Assembly: GCA_964016885.1 (NCBI GenBank) | Contig: OZ024742.1 | Location: 348,440,001-348,504,000 of the forward strand | Direction: 5' to 3' | Origin: Eledone cirrhosa | Taxonomy: Eukaryota | DNA: 64,000 nucleotides | In this document: one piece after another, positions 35,401-50,400 of the stretch | How positions within the stretch are numbered: the first letter of the stretch is position 1 | Layout of the letters: each line of letters begins with the position of its first letter | Notes under the pieces: generated by a model | Told to the model about the DNA's origin: nothing | The model's input: the letters and a program-made list of their open reading frames with translations, nothing else | Databases searched by the model: none | Position numbers and translations under genes: made by a program

Positions 35401-38400
35401 TCTACTCAGGTGTAGATGGACAGTTAAGGTGTTCTACTCAGGTGTAGTTGGACAGTTAAGGTGTTCTACTCAGGTGTGGTTGAACAGTTAAGGTGTTCTA
35501 CTCAGGTGTGGTTGCACAGCTAATGTGTTCTACTCAGGTGTAGTTGGACAGTTAAGGTGTTCTACTCAGGTGTGATTGGACAGTTAAGGTGTTCTATTCA
35601 GGTGTAGTTGGACAGTTAAGGTGTTCTACTGATGTGTGGTTGAACAGTTAAGGTGTTCTAATCAGGTGTGGTTGGACAGTTAAGGTGTTCTACTCATGTG
35701 TAGTTGAACAGTTAAGGTGTTCTACTCATGTGTAGTTGAACAGTTAAGGTGGTCTACTCAGGTGTAGATGGACAGTTAAGGTGTTCTACTCAGGTGTGAT
35801 TGGTTAGTTATGGTGGTCTACTCAGGTGTAGATGCACAGTTAAGGTGTTCTACTCAGGTGTGATTGGTTAGTTATGGTGGTCTACTCAGGTGTAGATGGA
35901 CAGTTAAGGTGTTCTACTCAGGTGTGGTTGGTTAGTTATGGTGGTCTACTCAGGTGTAGATGGACAGTTAAGGTGTTCTACTCAGGTGTGATTGGTTAGT
36001 TATGGTGGTCTACTCAGGTGTAGATGGACAGTTAAGGTGTTCTACTCAGGCGTGGTTGGACAGTTAAGGTGTTCTACTCATGTGTGGTTGGACAGTTAAG
36101 GTGTTCTACTCAGGTGTAGGTGAACAGTTAAGGTGTTCTATTCAGGTGTATTTGGACAGTTAAGTTGTTCTACTCAGGTGTAGTTGGACAGTTAAGGTGT
36201 TCTACTGAGGTGTGGTTGGACAGTTAAGATGTTGCACTCAGGTGTGGTTGAACAGTTAAGGTGTTCTACTGAGGTGTAGTTGGACAGTTAAGGTGTTCTA
36301 TTCAGGTGTTGCTGAAGAGTTAAGGTGTTCTACTGATGTGTGGTTGGACAGTTAAGGTGTTCTACTCAGGTGTAGTTGAACAGTTAAGGTGTTCTACTCA
36401 GGTGTGGTTGAACAGTTAAAGTGTTCTACTCAGGTGTAGTTGGACAGTTAAGGTGTTCTATTCAGGTGTAGTTGGACAGTTAAGGTGTTCTACTCAGGTG
36501 TAGTTGGACAGTTAAGGTGTTCTACTGATGTGTGGTTGGACAGTTAATGTGTCCTACTCAGATGTAGTTGAACAGTTAAGGTGTTATATTCAGGTGTGGT
36601 TGAACAGTTAAAGTGTTCTACTCAGGTGTAGTTGGACAGTTAAGGTGTTCTATTCAGGTGTAGTTGGACAGTTAAGGTGTTCTACTCAGGTGTGGTTGAA
36701 CAGTTAAAGTGTTCTACTCAGGTGTAGTTGAACAGTCAAGGTGTTCTACTCAGGTGTGGTTGGACAGTTAAGATGTTCTACTCAGGTGTGGTTGAACAGT
36801 TAAGGTATTCTACTCAGGTATAGTTGGACAGTTAAGGTGTTCTATTCAGGTGTGGTTGAACAGTTAAGGTGTTCTACTCAGGTGTGGTTGGACAGTTAAG
36901 GTGTTCTACTCAGGTGTAGTTGAACAGTTAAGGTGTTCTATTCAGGTGTAGTTGGACAGTTAAGGTGTTCTACTCAGGTGTGGTTGAACAGTTAAGGTGT
37001 TCTACTCAGGTGTAGTTGGACAGTTAAGGTGTTTTACTCAGGTGTAGTTGGACAGTTAAGGTGTTCTATTCAGGTGTGGTTGAACAGTTAAGGTGTTCTA
37101 CTGATGCGTGGTTGGACTGTTAAGGTGTTCTACTCAGGTGTAGTTGAACAGTTAAGGTATTCTACTCAGGTGTAGTTGGACAGTTAAGGTGTTCTATTCA
37201 GGCGTGGTTGAACAGTTAAGGTATTCTACTGATATGTGGTTGGACAGTTAAGGTGTTCTACTGATATGTGGTTGGTTAGTTAAGGTGTTCTACTCAGGTG
37301 AATTTGACCAGTTAAGGTGTTCTATTCAGGTGTAGTTGGACAGTTAAGGTGTTCTACTCAGGTGTGGTTGAACAGTTAAGGTGTTCTACTCAGGTGTAGT
37401 TGGACAGTTAAGGTGTTCTACTCAGGTGTAGTTGGACAGTTAAGGTATTCTACTCAGGTGTGGTTGGACAGTTAAGGTGTTCTACTGATATGTGGTTGGT
37501 TAGTTAAGGTGTTCTACTCAGGTGAAGTTGGACATTTAAGGTGTTCTATTCAGGTGTAGTTGCACAGTTAAGGTGTTCTATTCAGGTGTGGTTGGACAGT
37601 TAAAGTGGTCTACTCAGGTGTGGTTGGTTAGTTAAGGTGTTCTACTCAGGTGTAGTTGATCAGTTAAGGTGTTCTATTCAGGTGTAGTTGGACAGTTAAG
37701 GTGGTCTACTCAGGTGTAGTTGGACAGTTAAGGTGTTCTACTGATGTGTGGTTGGTTAGTTAAGGTGTTCTACTCAGGTGTAGTTGAACAGTTAAGGTGT
37801 TCTACTCAGCTGTGGTTGGACAGTTAAGGTGTTCTACTGATGTGTGGTTGGTTAGTTAAGGTGTTCTATTCAGGTGTAGTTGGACAGTTAAGGTGTTCTT
37901 CTCAGGTCTGGTTGGACAGGTAAGGTGTTCTACTGATGTGTGGTTGGTTAGTTAAGGTGTTCTACTCAGGTGTAGGTGGACATTTAAGGAGTTCTACTCA
38001 GGTGTAATTGGACAGGTAAGGTGTTCTCCTCAGGTGTGATTGGACAGTTAAGGTGTTCTACTGATGTGTGGTTGGTTAGTTAAGGTGTTCTATTCAGGTG
38101 TAGTTGGACAGTTAAGGTGTTCTACTCAGGTGTAGTTGGACAGTTAAGGTGTTCTACTCAGGTGTAGTTGGACAGTTAAGGTGTTTTACTCAGGTGTGAT
38201 TGGACAGTTAAGGTGTTCTACTGATGTGTGGTTGGTTAGTTAAGGTGTTCTACTCAGGTGTAGTTGGACATTTAATGTGTTCTATTCAAGTGTAGTTGGA
38301 CAGTTAAGGTGTTCTACTGATGTGTGGTTGAACAGTTAAGGTGCTTTAATCAGGTGTGGTTGGACAGTTAAGATGTTCTACTCATGTGTAGTTGACGAGT

Positions 38401-41400
38401 TAAGGTGTTCTATTCAGGTGTAGTTGAACAGTTAAGGTGTTCTATTCAGGTGTGATTGGTTAGTTAAGGTGGTCTACTCAGGTGTAGATGGACAGTTAAG
38501 GTGTTCTACTCAGGCTTGGTTGGACAGTTAAGTTGTTCTACTCAGGTGTGGTTGGACAGTTAAGGTGTTCTACTCAGGTGTGTTTGGACAGTTAAGCTGT
38601 TCTACTAATGTGTGGTTGGTTAGTTAAGATGTTCTACTCAAGTGTAGTTGGACGTTTAAGGTGTTCTACTCAGGTGTAGTTGAACAGTTAAGGTGTTCTA
38701 TTCAGGTGTAGTTGGACAGTTAAGGTGTTCTACTCAGGTGTAGTTGGACAGTTAAGGTGTTCTACTCATGTGTAGTGGAACAGGTAAGGTGTTCTATTCA
38801 GGTGTGGTTGGTTATTTAAGGTGGTCTACTCAGGTGTAGATGGACAGTTAAGGTGTTCTACTCAGGTGTAGATGGACAGTTAAGGTGTTCTACTCAGGTG
38901 TAGTTGGACAGTTAAGGTGTTCTACTCAGGTGTGGTTGCACAGCTAATGTGTTCTACTCAGGTGTAGTTGGACAGTTAAGGTGTTCTACTCAGGTGTGAT
39001 TGGACAGTTAAGGTGTTCTAATCAGGTGTGGTTGGACAGTTAAGGTGTTCTACTCATGTGTAGTTGAACAGTTAAGGTGTTCTATTCAGGTGTAGTTGGA
39101 CAGTTAAGGTGTTCTACTGATGTGTGGTTGAACAGTTAAGGTGTTCTAATCAGGTGTGGTTGGACAGTTAAGGTGTTCTACTCATGTGTGGTTGGTTAGT
39201 TAAGGTGGTCTACTCAGGTGTAGATGGACAGTTAAGCTCTTCTACTCAGGTGTGGTTGGTTAGTTAAGGTGGTCTACTCAGGTGTAGATGGACAGTTAAG
39301 GTGTTCTACTCAGGTGTGATTGGTTAGTTATGGTGGTCTACTCAGGTGTAGATGGACAGTTAAGGTGTTCTACTCAGGCGTGGTTGGACAGTTAAGGTGT
39401 TCTACTCATGTGTGGTTGGACAGTTAAGGTGTTCTACTCAGGTGTAGGTGAACAGTTAAGGTGTTCTATTCAGGGGTAGTTGAACAGTTAAGGTGTTCTA
39501 TTCAGGTGTGGTTGGTTAGTTAAGGTGGTCTACTCAGGTGTAGATGGATAGTTAAGGTGTTCTACTCAGGTGTAGATGGACAGTTAAGGTGTTCTACTCA
39601 GGTCTAGTTGGACAGTTAAGGTGTTCTACTCAGGTGTGGTTGAACAGTTAAGGTGTTCTACTCAGGTGTGGTTGGACAGCTAAGGTGTTCTACTCAGGTG
39701 TAGTTGGACAGTTAAGGTGTTCTACTGAGGTGTGGTTGGACAGGTAAGGTGTTCTACTCAGGTGTAGGTGGACAGTTGAGGTGTTCTACTGATGTGTGGT
39801 TGGTTAGTTAAGGTGTTCTACTCAGGTGTAGTTGGACATTTAAGGTGTTCTACTCAGGTGTAGTTGGACAGTTAATGTGTTCTCCTCATGTGTGATTGGA
39901 CAGTTAAGGTGTTCTACTCAGGTGTGGTTGGACAGTTAAGGTGTTTTACTCAGGTGTGGTTGGACAGTTAAGATGTTGCACTCAGGTGTGGTTGAACAGT
40001 TAAGGTGTTCTACTGAGGTGTAGTTGGACAGTTAAGGTGTTCTATTCAGGTGTTGTTGAACAGTTAAGGTGTTCTACTGATGTGTGGTTGGACAGTTAAG
40101 GTGTTCTACTCAGGTGTAGTTGGACAGTTAAGGTGTTCTACTGGTGTGTGGTTGGTTAGTTAAGGTGTTCTAGTCAGGTGTAGTTGGACATTTAAGGTGT
40201 TCTATTCAGGTTTAGTTGGACAGTTAAGGTGTTCTACTCAGGTGTGGTTGAACAGTTAAGGTGTTCTACTCAGGTGTGGTTGGACAGTTAAGGTGTTCTA
40301 CTCAGGTGTGGTTGAACAGTTAAGGTATTCTACTCAGGTGTAGTTGGACAGTTAAGGTGTTCTATTCAGGTGTGGTTGAACAGTTAAGGTGTTCTACTCA
40401 GGTGTGGTTGGACAGTTAAGGTGTTCTACTCGGGTGTAATTGAACAGTTAAGGTGTTCTATTCAGGTGTAGTTGGACAGTTAAGGTGTTCTACTCAGGTG
40501 TGGTTAAAGAGTTAAGGTTTTCTACTCAGGTGTAGTTGGACAGTTAAGGTGTTCTAATCAGGTGTAGTTGGACAGTTAAGGTGTTCTATTCAGGTGTGGT
40601 TGAACAGTTAAGGTGTTCTACTGATGCGTGGTTGGACAGTTAAGGTGTTCTACTCAGGTGTAGTTGAACAGTTAAGGTGTTCTACTCAGGTGTAGTTGGA
40701 CAGTTAAGGTGTTCTATTCAGGTGTGGTTGAACAGTTAAGGTGTTCTACTGATGTGTGGTTGGACAGTTAAGGTGTTCTACTCAGGTGTAGTTTGACAGG
40801 TAAGGTATTCTACTCAGGTGTGGTTGGACAGTTAAGGTTTCTACTGATATGTGGTTGGACAGTTAAGGTGTTCTACTGATATGTGGTTGGTTAGTTAAGG
40901 TGTTCTACTCAGGTGAAGTTGGACATTTAAGGTGTTCTATTCAGGTGTAGTTGGACAGTTAAGGTGTTCTGTTCAGGTGTGGTTGAACAGTTAATGTGTT
41001 CTATTCAGGTGTGGTTGGACAGTTAAAGTGGTCTACTCAGGTGTGGTTGGTTAGTTAAGGTGTTCTACTCAGGTATTTGATCGGTTAAGGTGTTCTATTC
41101 AGGTGTAGTTGGACAGTTAAGGTGGTCTACTCAGGTGTAGTTTGACAGTTAAGGTGTTCTACTGATGTGTGGTTGGTTAGTTAAGGTGTTCTACTCAGGT
41201 GTAGTTGAACAGTTAAGGTGTTCTACTCAGCTGTGGTTGGACAGTTAAGGTGTTCTACTGATGTGTGGTTGGTTAGTTAAGGTGTTCTACTCAGGTGTAG
41301 TTGGACAGTTAAGGTGTTCTACTCAGGTGTGGTTGGACAGTTAAGGTGTTCTACTGATGTGTGTTTGGTTAGTTAAGGTGTTCTACTCAGGTGTGTTTGA

Positions 41401-44400
41401 ACAGTTGAGTTGTTCTACTCAGGTGTGGCTGGACAGCTAAGGTGTTCTACTCAGGTGTGGTTGGACAGTTAAGGTGTTCTACTGATGTGTGTTTGGTTAG
41501 TTAAGGTGTTCTACTCAGGTGTGGTTGAACAGTTGAGATGTTCTACTCAGGTGTGGCTGGACAGCTAAGGTGTTCTACTGAAGTGTAGTTGGACATTTAA
41601 GGTGTTCTACTCAGGTGTAGTTGAACAGTTAAGGTGTTCTATTCAGGTGTAGTTGAACAGTTAAGGTGTTCTATTGAGGTGTGGTTGGTTAGTTAAGGTG
41701 TTCTATTGAGGTGTGGTTGGTTAGTTAAGGTGGTCTACTCAGGTGTAGTTGAACAGTTAAGGTGTTCTACTCAGCTGTGGTTGGACAGTTAAGGTGTTCT
41801 ACTGATGTGTGGTTGGTTAGTTAAGGTGTTCTACTCAGGTGTAGTTGGACAGTTAAGGTGTTCTACTCAGGTGTGGTTGGACAGGTAAGGTGTTCTACTC
41901 AGGTGTAGATGGAGAGTTAAGGTGTTCTACTGATGTGTGGTTGGTTAGTTAAGGTGTTCTACTAAGGTGTAGGTGGATATTTAAGGAGTTCTACTCAGGT
42001 GTAGTTGGACAGTTAAGGTGTTCTACTGATGTGTGGTTGGACAGTTAAGGTGTTCTATTCAGGTGTAGTTGAACAGTTAAGGTGTTCTTTTCAGGTGTGG
42101 TTGGTTAGTTAAGGTGGTCTACTCAGGTGTAGATGGACAGTTAAGCTGTTCTACTCAGGTGTGGTTGGTTAGTTAAGGTGGTCTACTCAGGTGTAGATGG
42201 ACAGTTAAGGTGTTCTACTCAGGTGTGATTGGTTAGTTAATGTGGTCTACTCAGGTGTAGATGGACAGTTAAGGTGTTCTACTCAGGCGTGCTTGGACAG
42301 TTAAGGTGTTCTACTCATGTGTGGTTGGACAGTTAAGGTGTTCTACTCAGGTGTAGGTGAACAGTTAAGGTGTTCTATTCAGGTGTATTTGGACAGTTAA
42401 GTTGTTCTACTCAGGTGTAGTTGGACAGTTAAGGTGCTCTACTCAGGTGTGGTTGGACAGTTAAGATGTTGCACTCAGGTGTGGTTGAACAGTTAAGGTG
42501 TTCTACTGAGGTGTAGTTGGACAGTTAAGGTGTTCTATTCAGGTGTTGCTGAACAGTTAAGGTGTTCTACTGATGTGTGGTTGGACAGTTAAGGTGTTCT
42601 ACTCAGGTGTAGTTGAACAGTTAAGGTGTTCTACTCAGGTGTGGTTGGACAGTTAAAGTGTTCTACTCAGGTGTAGTTGGACAGTTAAGGTGTTCTACTC
42701 AGGTGTAGTTGGACAGTTAATGTGTTCTACTGGTGTGTGGTTGGTTAGTTAAGGTGTTCTATTCAGGTGTAGTTGGACAGTTAAGGTGTTCTACTCAGGT
42801 GTGGTTGAACAGTTAAGGTGTTCTACTCAGGTGTAGTTGGACAGTTAAGGTGTTCTATTCAGGTGTGGTTTAACAGTTAAGGTGTTCTACAGATGCGTGG
42901 TTGGACAGTTAAGGTGTTCTACTCAGGTGTAGTTGAACAGTTAAGGTGTTCTACTCAGGTGTAGTTGGACAGTTAAGGTTTTCTACTGATATGTGGTTGG
43001 ACAGTTAAGGTGTTCTACTGATATGTGGTTGTTTAGTTAACGTGTTCTACTCAGGTGAAGTTGAACAGTTAAGGTGTTCTATTCAGGTGTAGTTGGACAG
43101 TTAAGGTGTTCTACTCAGGTGTAGTTGAACAGTTAAGGTGTTCTACTCAGGTGTAGTTGGACAGTTAAGGTGTTCTACTCAGGTGTAGTTGGACAGTTAA
43201 GGTATTCTACTCAGGTGTGGTTGGACAGTTAAGGTGTTCTACTGATATGTGGTTGGTTAGTTAAGGTGTTCTACTCAGGTGAAATTGGACATTTAAGGTG
43301 TTCTATTCAGGTGTAGTTGGACAGTTAAGGTGTTCTATTCAGGTGTGGTTGAACAGTTAAGGTGTTCTATTCAGGTGAGGTTGGACAGTTAAAGTGGTCT
43401 ACTCAGGTGTGGTTGGTTAGTTAATGTGTTCTACTCAGGTGTAGTTGATCAGTTAAGGTGTTCTATTCAGGTGTAGTTGGACAGTTAAGGTGGTCTACTC
43501 AGGTGTAGTTGGACAGTTAAGGTGTTCTACTGATGTGTGGTTGGTTAGTTAAGGTGTTCTACTCAGGTGTAGTTGAACAGTTAAGGTGTTCTACTCAGCT
43601 GTGGTTGGACAGTTAAGGTGTTCTACTGATGTGTGGTTGGTTAGTTAAGGTGTTCTATTCAGGTGTAGTTGGACAGTTAAGGTGTTCTTCTCAGGTGTGG
43701 TTGGAGAGGTAAGGTGTTCTACTGATGTGTGTTTGGTTAGTTAAGGTGTTCTACTCAGGTGTGGTTGAACAGTTGAGTTGTTCTACTCAGGTGTGGCTGG
43801 ACAGCTAAGGTGTTCTACTCAGGTGTGGTTGGACAGTTAAGGTGTTCTACTGATGTGTGGTTGGATAGTTAAGGTGTTCTACTCAAGTGTAGTTGGACAT
43901 TTAAGGTGTTCTACTCAGGTTTAGTTGAACAGTTAAGGTGTTCTATTCAGGTGTAGTTGAACAGTTAAGGTGTTCTATTCAGGTGTGGTTGGTTAGTTAA
44001 GGTGGTCTACTCAGGTGTAGATGGATAGTTAAGGTGTTCTTCTCAGGTGTAGATGGACAGTTAAGGTGTTCTACTCAGGTCTAGTTGGACAGTTAAGGTG
44101 TTCTACTCAGGTGTGGTTGAACAGTTAAGGTGTTCTACTCAGGTGTGGGTGGACAGCTAAGGTATTCTACGCAGGTGTGGTTGGACAGTTAAGGTGTTCT
44201 ACTCAGGTGTGGTTGGACAGATAAGGTGTTCTACTCAGGCATAGTTGGACAGTTAAGGTGTTCTACTGAGGTGTGGTTGGACAGGTAAGGTCTTCTACTC
44301 AGGTGTAGTTGGACAGTTAAGGTGTTCTACTCAGGTGTAGATGGACAGTTAAGGTGTTCTACTGATGTGTGGTTGGTTAGTTAAGGTGTTCTACTCAGGT

Positions 44401-47400
44401 GTAGTTGGACATTTAAGGTGTTCTACTCAGGTGTAGTTGGACAGTTAATGTGTTCTCCTCATGTGTGATTGGACAGTTAAGGTGTTCTACTCAGGTGTGG
44501 TTGGACAGTTAAGGTGTTCTACTCAGGTGTGGTTGGACAGTTAAGATGTTGCACTCAGGTGTGGTTGAACAGTTAAGGTGTTCTACTGAGGTGTAGTTGG
44601 ACAGTTAAGGTGTTCTATTCAGGTGTTGTTGAAAAGTTAAGGTGTTCTACTGATGTGTGGTTGGACAGTTAAGGTGTTCTACTCAGGTGTAGTTGGACAG
44701 TTAAGGTGTTCTACTGGTGTGTGGTTGGTTAGTTAAGGTGTTCTACTCAGGTGTAGTTGGATATTTAAGGTGTTCTATTCAGGTTTAGTTGGACAGTTAA
44801 GGTGTTCTACTCAGGTGTGGTTAAACAGTTAAGGTGTTCTACTCAGGTGTAGTTGAACAGTTAAGGTGTTCTACTCAGGTGTGGTTGGACAGTTAAGGTG
44901 TTCTACTCAGGTGTGGTTGAACAGTTAAGGTATTCTACTCAGGTGTAGTTGAACAGTTAAGGTGTTCTATTCAGGTGTGGTTGAACAGTCAAGGTGTTCT
45001 ACTCAGGTGTGGTTGGACAGTTAAGGTGTTCTACTCAGGTGTAGTTGAACAGTTAAGGTGTTCTACTCAGCTGTGGTTGGACAGTTAAGGTGTTCTACTG
45101 ATGTGTGGTTGGTTAGTTAAGGTGTTCTACTCAGGTGTAGTTGGACAGTTAAGTTGTTCTACTGATGTGTGTTTGGTTAGTTAAGGTGTTCTACTCAGGT
45201 GTGGTTGAACAGTTGAGTTGTTCTACTCAGGTGTGGCTGGACAGCTAAGGTGTTCTACTCAAGTGTAGTTGGACATTTAAGGTGTTCTACTCAGGTGTAG
45301 TTGAACAGTTAAGGTGTTCTATTCAGGTGTAGTTGAACAGTTAAGGTGTTCTATTCAGGTGTGGTTGGTTAGTTAAGGTGGTCTACTCAGGTGTAGATGG
45401 ATAGTTAAGGTGTTCTACTCAGGTGTAGATGGACAGTTAAGGTGTTCTACTCAGGTCTAGATGGACAGTTAAGGTGTTCTACTCAGGTGTGGTTGAACAG
45501 TTAAGGTGTTCTACTCAGGTGTGGGTGGACAGCTAAGGTGTTCTACGCAGGTGTGGTTGGACAGTTAAGGTGTTCTACTCAGGTGTGGTTGGACAGCTAA
45601 GGTGTTCTACTCAGGTGTAGTTGGACAGTTAAGGTGTTCTACTCAGGTGTGGTTGGACAGGTCAGGTGTTCTACTCAGGTGTAGATGGACAGTTAAGGTG
45701 TTCTACTGATGTGTGGTTGGTTAGTTAAGGTGTTCTACTCAGGTGTATTTGGACATTTAAGGTGTTCTACTCAGGTGTAGTTGGACAGTTAATGTGTTCT
45801 CCTCATGTGTGATTGGACAGTTAAGGTGTTCTACTGATGTGTGGTTGGTTAGTTAAGGTGTTCTATTCAGGTGTAGTTGGACAGTTAAGGTGTTCTACTC
45901 AGGTGTGGTTAAACAGTTAAGGTGTTCTACTCAGGTGTAGTTGAACAGTTAAGGTGTTCTACTCAGGTGTGGTTGGACAGTTAAGGTGTTCTACTCAGCT
46001 GTGGTTGGACAGTTAAGATGTTCTACTGATGTGTGGTTGGTTAGATAAGGTGTTCTACTCAGGTGTAGTTGAACAGTTAAGGTGTTCTACTCAGCTGTGG
46101 TTGGACAGTTAAGCTGTTCTACTGATGTGTGGTTGAACAGTTAATGTGGTCTACTCAGGTGTAGTTGGACATTTAAGGTGTTCTATTCAGGTGTAGTTGG
46201 ACAGTTAAGGTGTTCTACTGATGTGTGGTTGAACAGTTAAGGTGTTCTAATCAGGTGTGGTTGGACAGTTAAGGTGTTCTACTCATGTGTAGTTGAACAG
46301 TTAATGTGTTCTATTCAGGTGTGGTTGGTTAGTTAAGGTGTTCTATTCAGGTGTGGTTGGTTAGTTAAGGTGGTCTACTCAGGTGTAGATGGACAGTTAA
46401 GGTGTTCTACTCAGGTGTGGTTGGTTACTTAAGGTGGTCTACTCAGGTGTAGATGGACAGTTAACGTGTTCTACTGATGTGTGGTTGGTTAGTTAAGGTG
46501 TTCTACTCAGGTGTAGTTGAACTGCTAAGGTGTTCTACTCAGCTGTGGTTGGACAATTAAGGTGTTCTACTGATATGTGGTTGGTTAGTTAAGGTGTTCT
46601 ACTCAGGTGAAGTTGAATAGTTAAGGTGTTCTATTCAGGTGTAGTTGGACAGTTAAGGTGTTCTACTCAGGTGTAGATGGACAGTTAAGGTGTTCTACTC
46701 AGGTCTAGTTGGACTGTTAAGGTGTTCTACTCAGGTGTAGTTGAGCAGTTAAGCTGTTCTACTCAGGTGTGGTTGGACAGGTAAGGTGTTCTACTGATAT
46801 GTGGTTGATTAGTTAAGGTGTTCTACTCAGGTGAAGTTGGACATTTAAGTGGTTCTTTTCAGGTGTAGTTGTACAGTCAAGGTGTTCTATTCAGGTGTGG
46901 TTGAACAGTTAAGGTGTTCTATTCAGGTGTGGTTGGACAGTTAAAGTGGTCTACTCAGGTGTGGTTGGTTAGTTAAGGTGTTCTACTCAGGTGTAGTTGA
47001 TCAGTTAAGGTGTTCTATTCAGGTGTAGATGGACAGTTAAGGTGTTCTACTCAGGTCTAGTTGGACAGTTAAGGTGTTCTACTCAGGTTTAGTTTGACGG
47101 TTAAGGTGTTCTACTCAGGTGTGGTTGAACAGTTAAGGTGTTCTACGCAGGTGTGGTTGGACAGTTAAGGTGTTCTACTCAGGTGTAGTTGGACAGTTAA
47201 GGTGTTCTACTCAGGTGTGGTTGGACAGTTAAGGTGTTCTACCCAGGTGTAGATGGACAGTTAAGGTGTTCTACTGATGTGTGGTTGGTTAGTTAAAATG
47301 TTCTACTCAGGTGTAGTTGGACATTTAAGGTGTTCTACTCAGGTGTAGTTGGACAGTTAATGTGTTCTCCTCATGTGTGATTGAACAGTTAAGGTGTTCT

Positions 47401-50400
47401 ACTCAGGTGTGGTTGGACAGTTAAGGTGTTCTACTCAGGTGTGGTTGGACAGTTAACATGTTGCACTCAGGTGTGGTTGAACAGTTAAGGTGTTCTACTG
47501 AGGTGTAGTTGGACAGTTAAGGTGTTCTATTCAGGTGTTGTTGAACAGTTAAGGTGTTCTACTCAGGTGTAGTTGGACAGTTAAGGTATTCTACTGGTGT
47601 GTGGTTGGTTAGTTAAGGTGTTCTACTCAGGTGTAGTTGGACATTTAAGGTGTTCTATTCAGGTGTAGTTGGACAGTTAAGGTGTTCTACTCAGGTGTGG
47701 TTGAACAGTTAAGGTGTTCTACTCAGGTGTAGTTGAACAGTTAAGGTGTTCTACTCAGGTGTGGTTGGACCGTTAAGGTGTTCTACTCAGGTGTGGTTGA
47801 ACAGTTAAGGTGTTCTATTCAGGTGTAGTTGGACAGTTAAGGTGTTCTACTCAGGTGTGGTTGAACAGTTAAGGTTTTCTACTAAGGTGTAGTTGGACAG
47901 TTAAGGTGTTCTACACAGGTGTAGTTGGACAGTTAAGTTGTTCTATTCAGGTGTGGTTGAACAGTTAAGGTGTTCTACTGATGCTGGTTGGACAGTTATG
48001 GTGTTCTACTCAGGTGTAGTTGAACAGTTAAGGTGTTCTACTCAGGTGTAGTTGGACAGTTAAGGTGTTCTATTCAGGTGTGGTTGAACAGTTAAGGTGT
48101 TCTACTGATGTGTGGTTGGACAGTTAAGGTGTTCTACTCAGGTGTAGTTTGACAGTTAAGGTATTCTACTCAGGTGTGGTTGGACAGTTAAGGTGTTCTA
48201 CTGATATGTGGTTGGACAGTTAAGGTGTTCTACTCAGGTGAAGTTGGACACTTAAGGTGTTCTATTCAGGTGTAGTTGGACAGTTAAGGTGTTCTATTCA
48301 GGTGTGGTTGAACAGCTAAGGTGTTCTACTCAGGTGTAGTTGGACAGTTAAGGTGTTCTACTCAGGTGTGGTTGGACAGGTCAGGTGTTCTACTCAGGTG
48401 TAGATGGACAGTTAAGGTGTTCTACTGATGTGTGGTTGGTTAGTTAAGGTGTTCTACTCAGGTGTAGTTGGACATTTAAGGTGTTCTACTCAGGTGTAGT
48501 TGGACAGTTAATGTGTTCTCCTCATGTGTGATTGGACAGTTAAGGTGTTCTACTGATGTGTGGTTGGTTAGTTAAGGTGTTCTATTCAGGTGTAGTTGGA
48601 CAGTTAAGGTGTTCTACTCAGGTGTAGTTGGACAGTTAAGGTGTTCTACTCAGGTGTAGTTGGACAGTTAAGGTGTTCTACTCAGGTGTGATTGGACAGT
48701 TAAGGTGTTCTACTCAGCTGTGGTTGGACAGTTAAGATGTTCTACTGATGTGTGGTTGGTTAGTTAAGGTGTTCTACTCAGGTGTAGTTGAACAGTTAAG
48801 GTGTTCTACTCAGCTGTGGTTGGACAGTTAAGCTGTTCTACTGATGTGTGGTTGAACAGTTAATGTGGTCTACTCAGGTGTAGTTGGACATTTAAGGTGT
48901 TCTATTCAGGTGTAGTTGGACAGTTAAGGTGTTCTACTGATGTGTGGTTGAACAGTTAAGGTGTTCTAATCAGGTGTGGTTGGACAGTTAAGGTGTTCTA
49001 CTCAGGTGTAGTTGAGCAGTTAAGGTGTTCTACTCCGGTGTGGTTGGACAGGTAAGGTGTTCTACTGATATGTGGTTGATTAGTTAAGGTGTTCTACTCA
49101 GGTGAAGTTGGACATTTAAGGTGTTCTTTTCAGGTGTAGTTGTACAGTCAAGGTGTTCTATTCAGGTGTGGTTGAACAGTTAAGGTGTTCTATTCAGGTG
49201 TGGTTGGACAGTTAAAGTGGTCTACTCAGGTGTGGTTGGTTAGTTAAGGTGTTCTACTCAGGTGTAGTTGATCAGTTAAGGTGTTCTATTCAGGTGTAGA
49301 TGGACAGTTAAGGTGTTCTACTCAGGTCTAGTTGGACAGTAAAGGTGTTCTACTCAGGTGTAGATGGATAGTTAAGGTGTTCTACTCAGGTGTAGATGGA
49401 CAGTTAAGGTGTTCTACTCAGGTTTAGTTTGACAGTTAAGGTGTTCTACTCAGGTGTGGTTGAACAGTTAAGGTGTTCTACGCAGGTGTGGTTGGACAGT
49501 TAAGGTGTTCTACTCAGGTGTAGTTGGACAGTTAAGGTGTTCTACTCAGGTGTGGTTGGACAGTTAAGGTGTTCTACTCAGGTGTAGATGGACAGTTAAG
49601 GTGTTCTACTGATGTGTGGTTGGTTAGTTAAGGTGTTCTACTCAGGTGTAGTTGGACATTTAAGGTGTTCTACTCAGGTGTAGTTGGACAGTTAATGTGT
49701 TCTCCTCATGTGTGATTGGACAGTTAAGGTGTTCTACTCAGGTGTGGTTGGACAGTTAAGGTGTTCTACTCAGGTGTGGTTGGACAGTTAACATGTTGCA
49801 CTCAGGTGTGGTTGAACAGTTAAGGTGTTCTACTGAGGTGTAGTTGGACAGTTAAGGTGTTCTATTCAGGTGTTGTTGAACAGTTAAGGTGGTCTACTCA
49901 TGTGTGGTTGGACAGTTAAGGTGTTCTATTCAGGTGTTGTTGAACAGTTAAGGTGGTCTACTCATGTGTGGTTGGACAGTTAAGGTGTCCTACTCAGATG
50001 TAGTTGAACAGTTAAGGTGTTCTATTTAGGTGTGGTTGAACAGTTAAAGTGTTCTACTCAGGTGTAGTTGGACAGTTAAGGTGTTCTACTCAGGTGTAGT
50101 TGGACAGTTAAGGTATTCTACTGGTGTGTGGTTGGTTAGTTAAGGTGTTCTACTCAGGTGTAGTTGGACATTTAAGGTGTTCTATTCAGGCGTAGTTGGA
50201 CAGTTAAGGTGTTCTACTCAGGTGTGGTTGAACAGTTAAGGTGTTCTACTCAGGTGTAGTTGAACAGTTAAGGTGTTCTACTCAGGTGTGGTTGGACCGT
50301 TAAGGTGTTCTACTCAGGTGTGGTTGAACAGTTAAGGTGTTCTATTCAGGTGTAGTTGGACAGTTAAGGTGTTCTACTCAGGTGTGGTTGAACAGTAAAG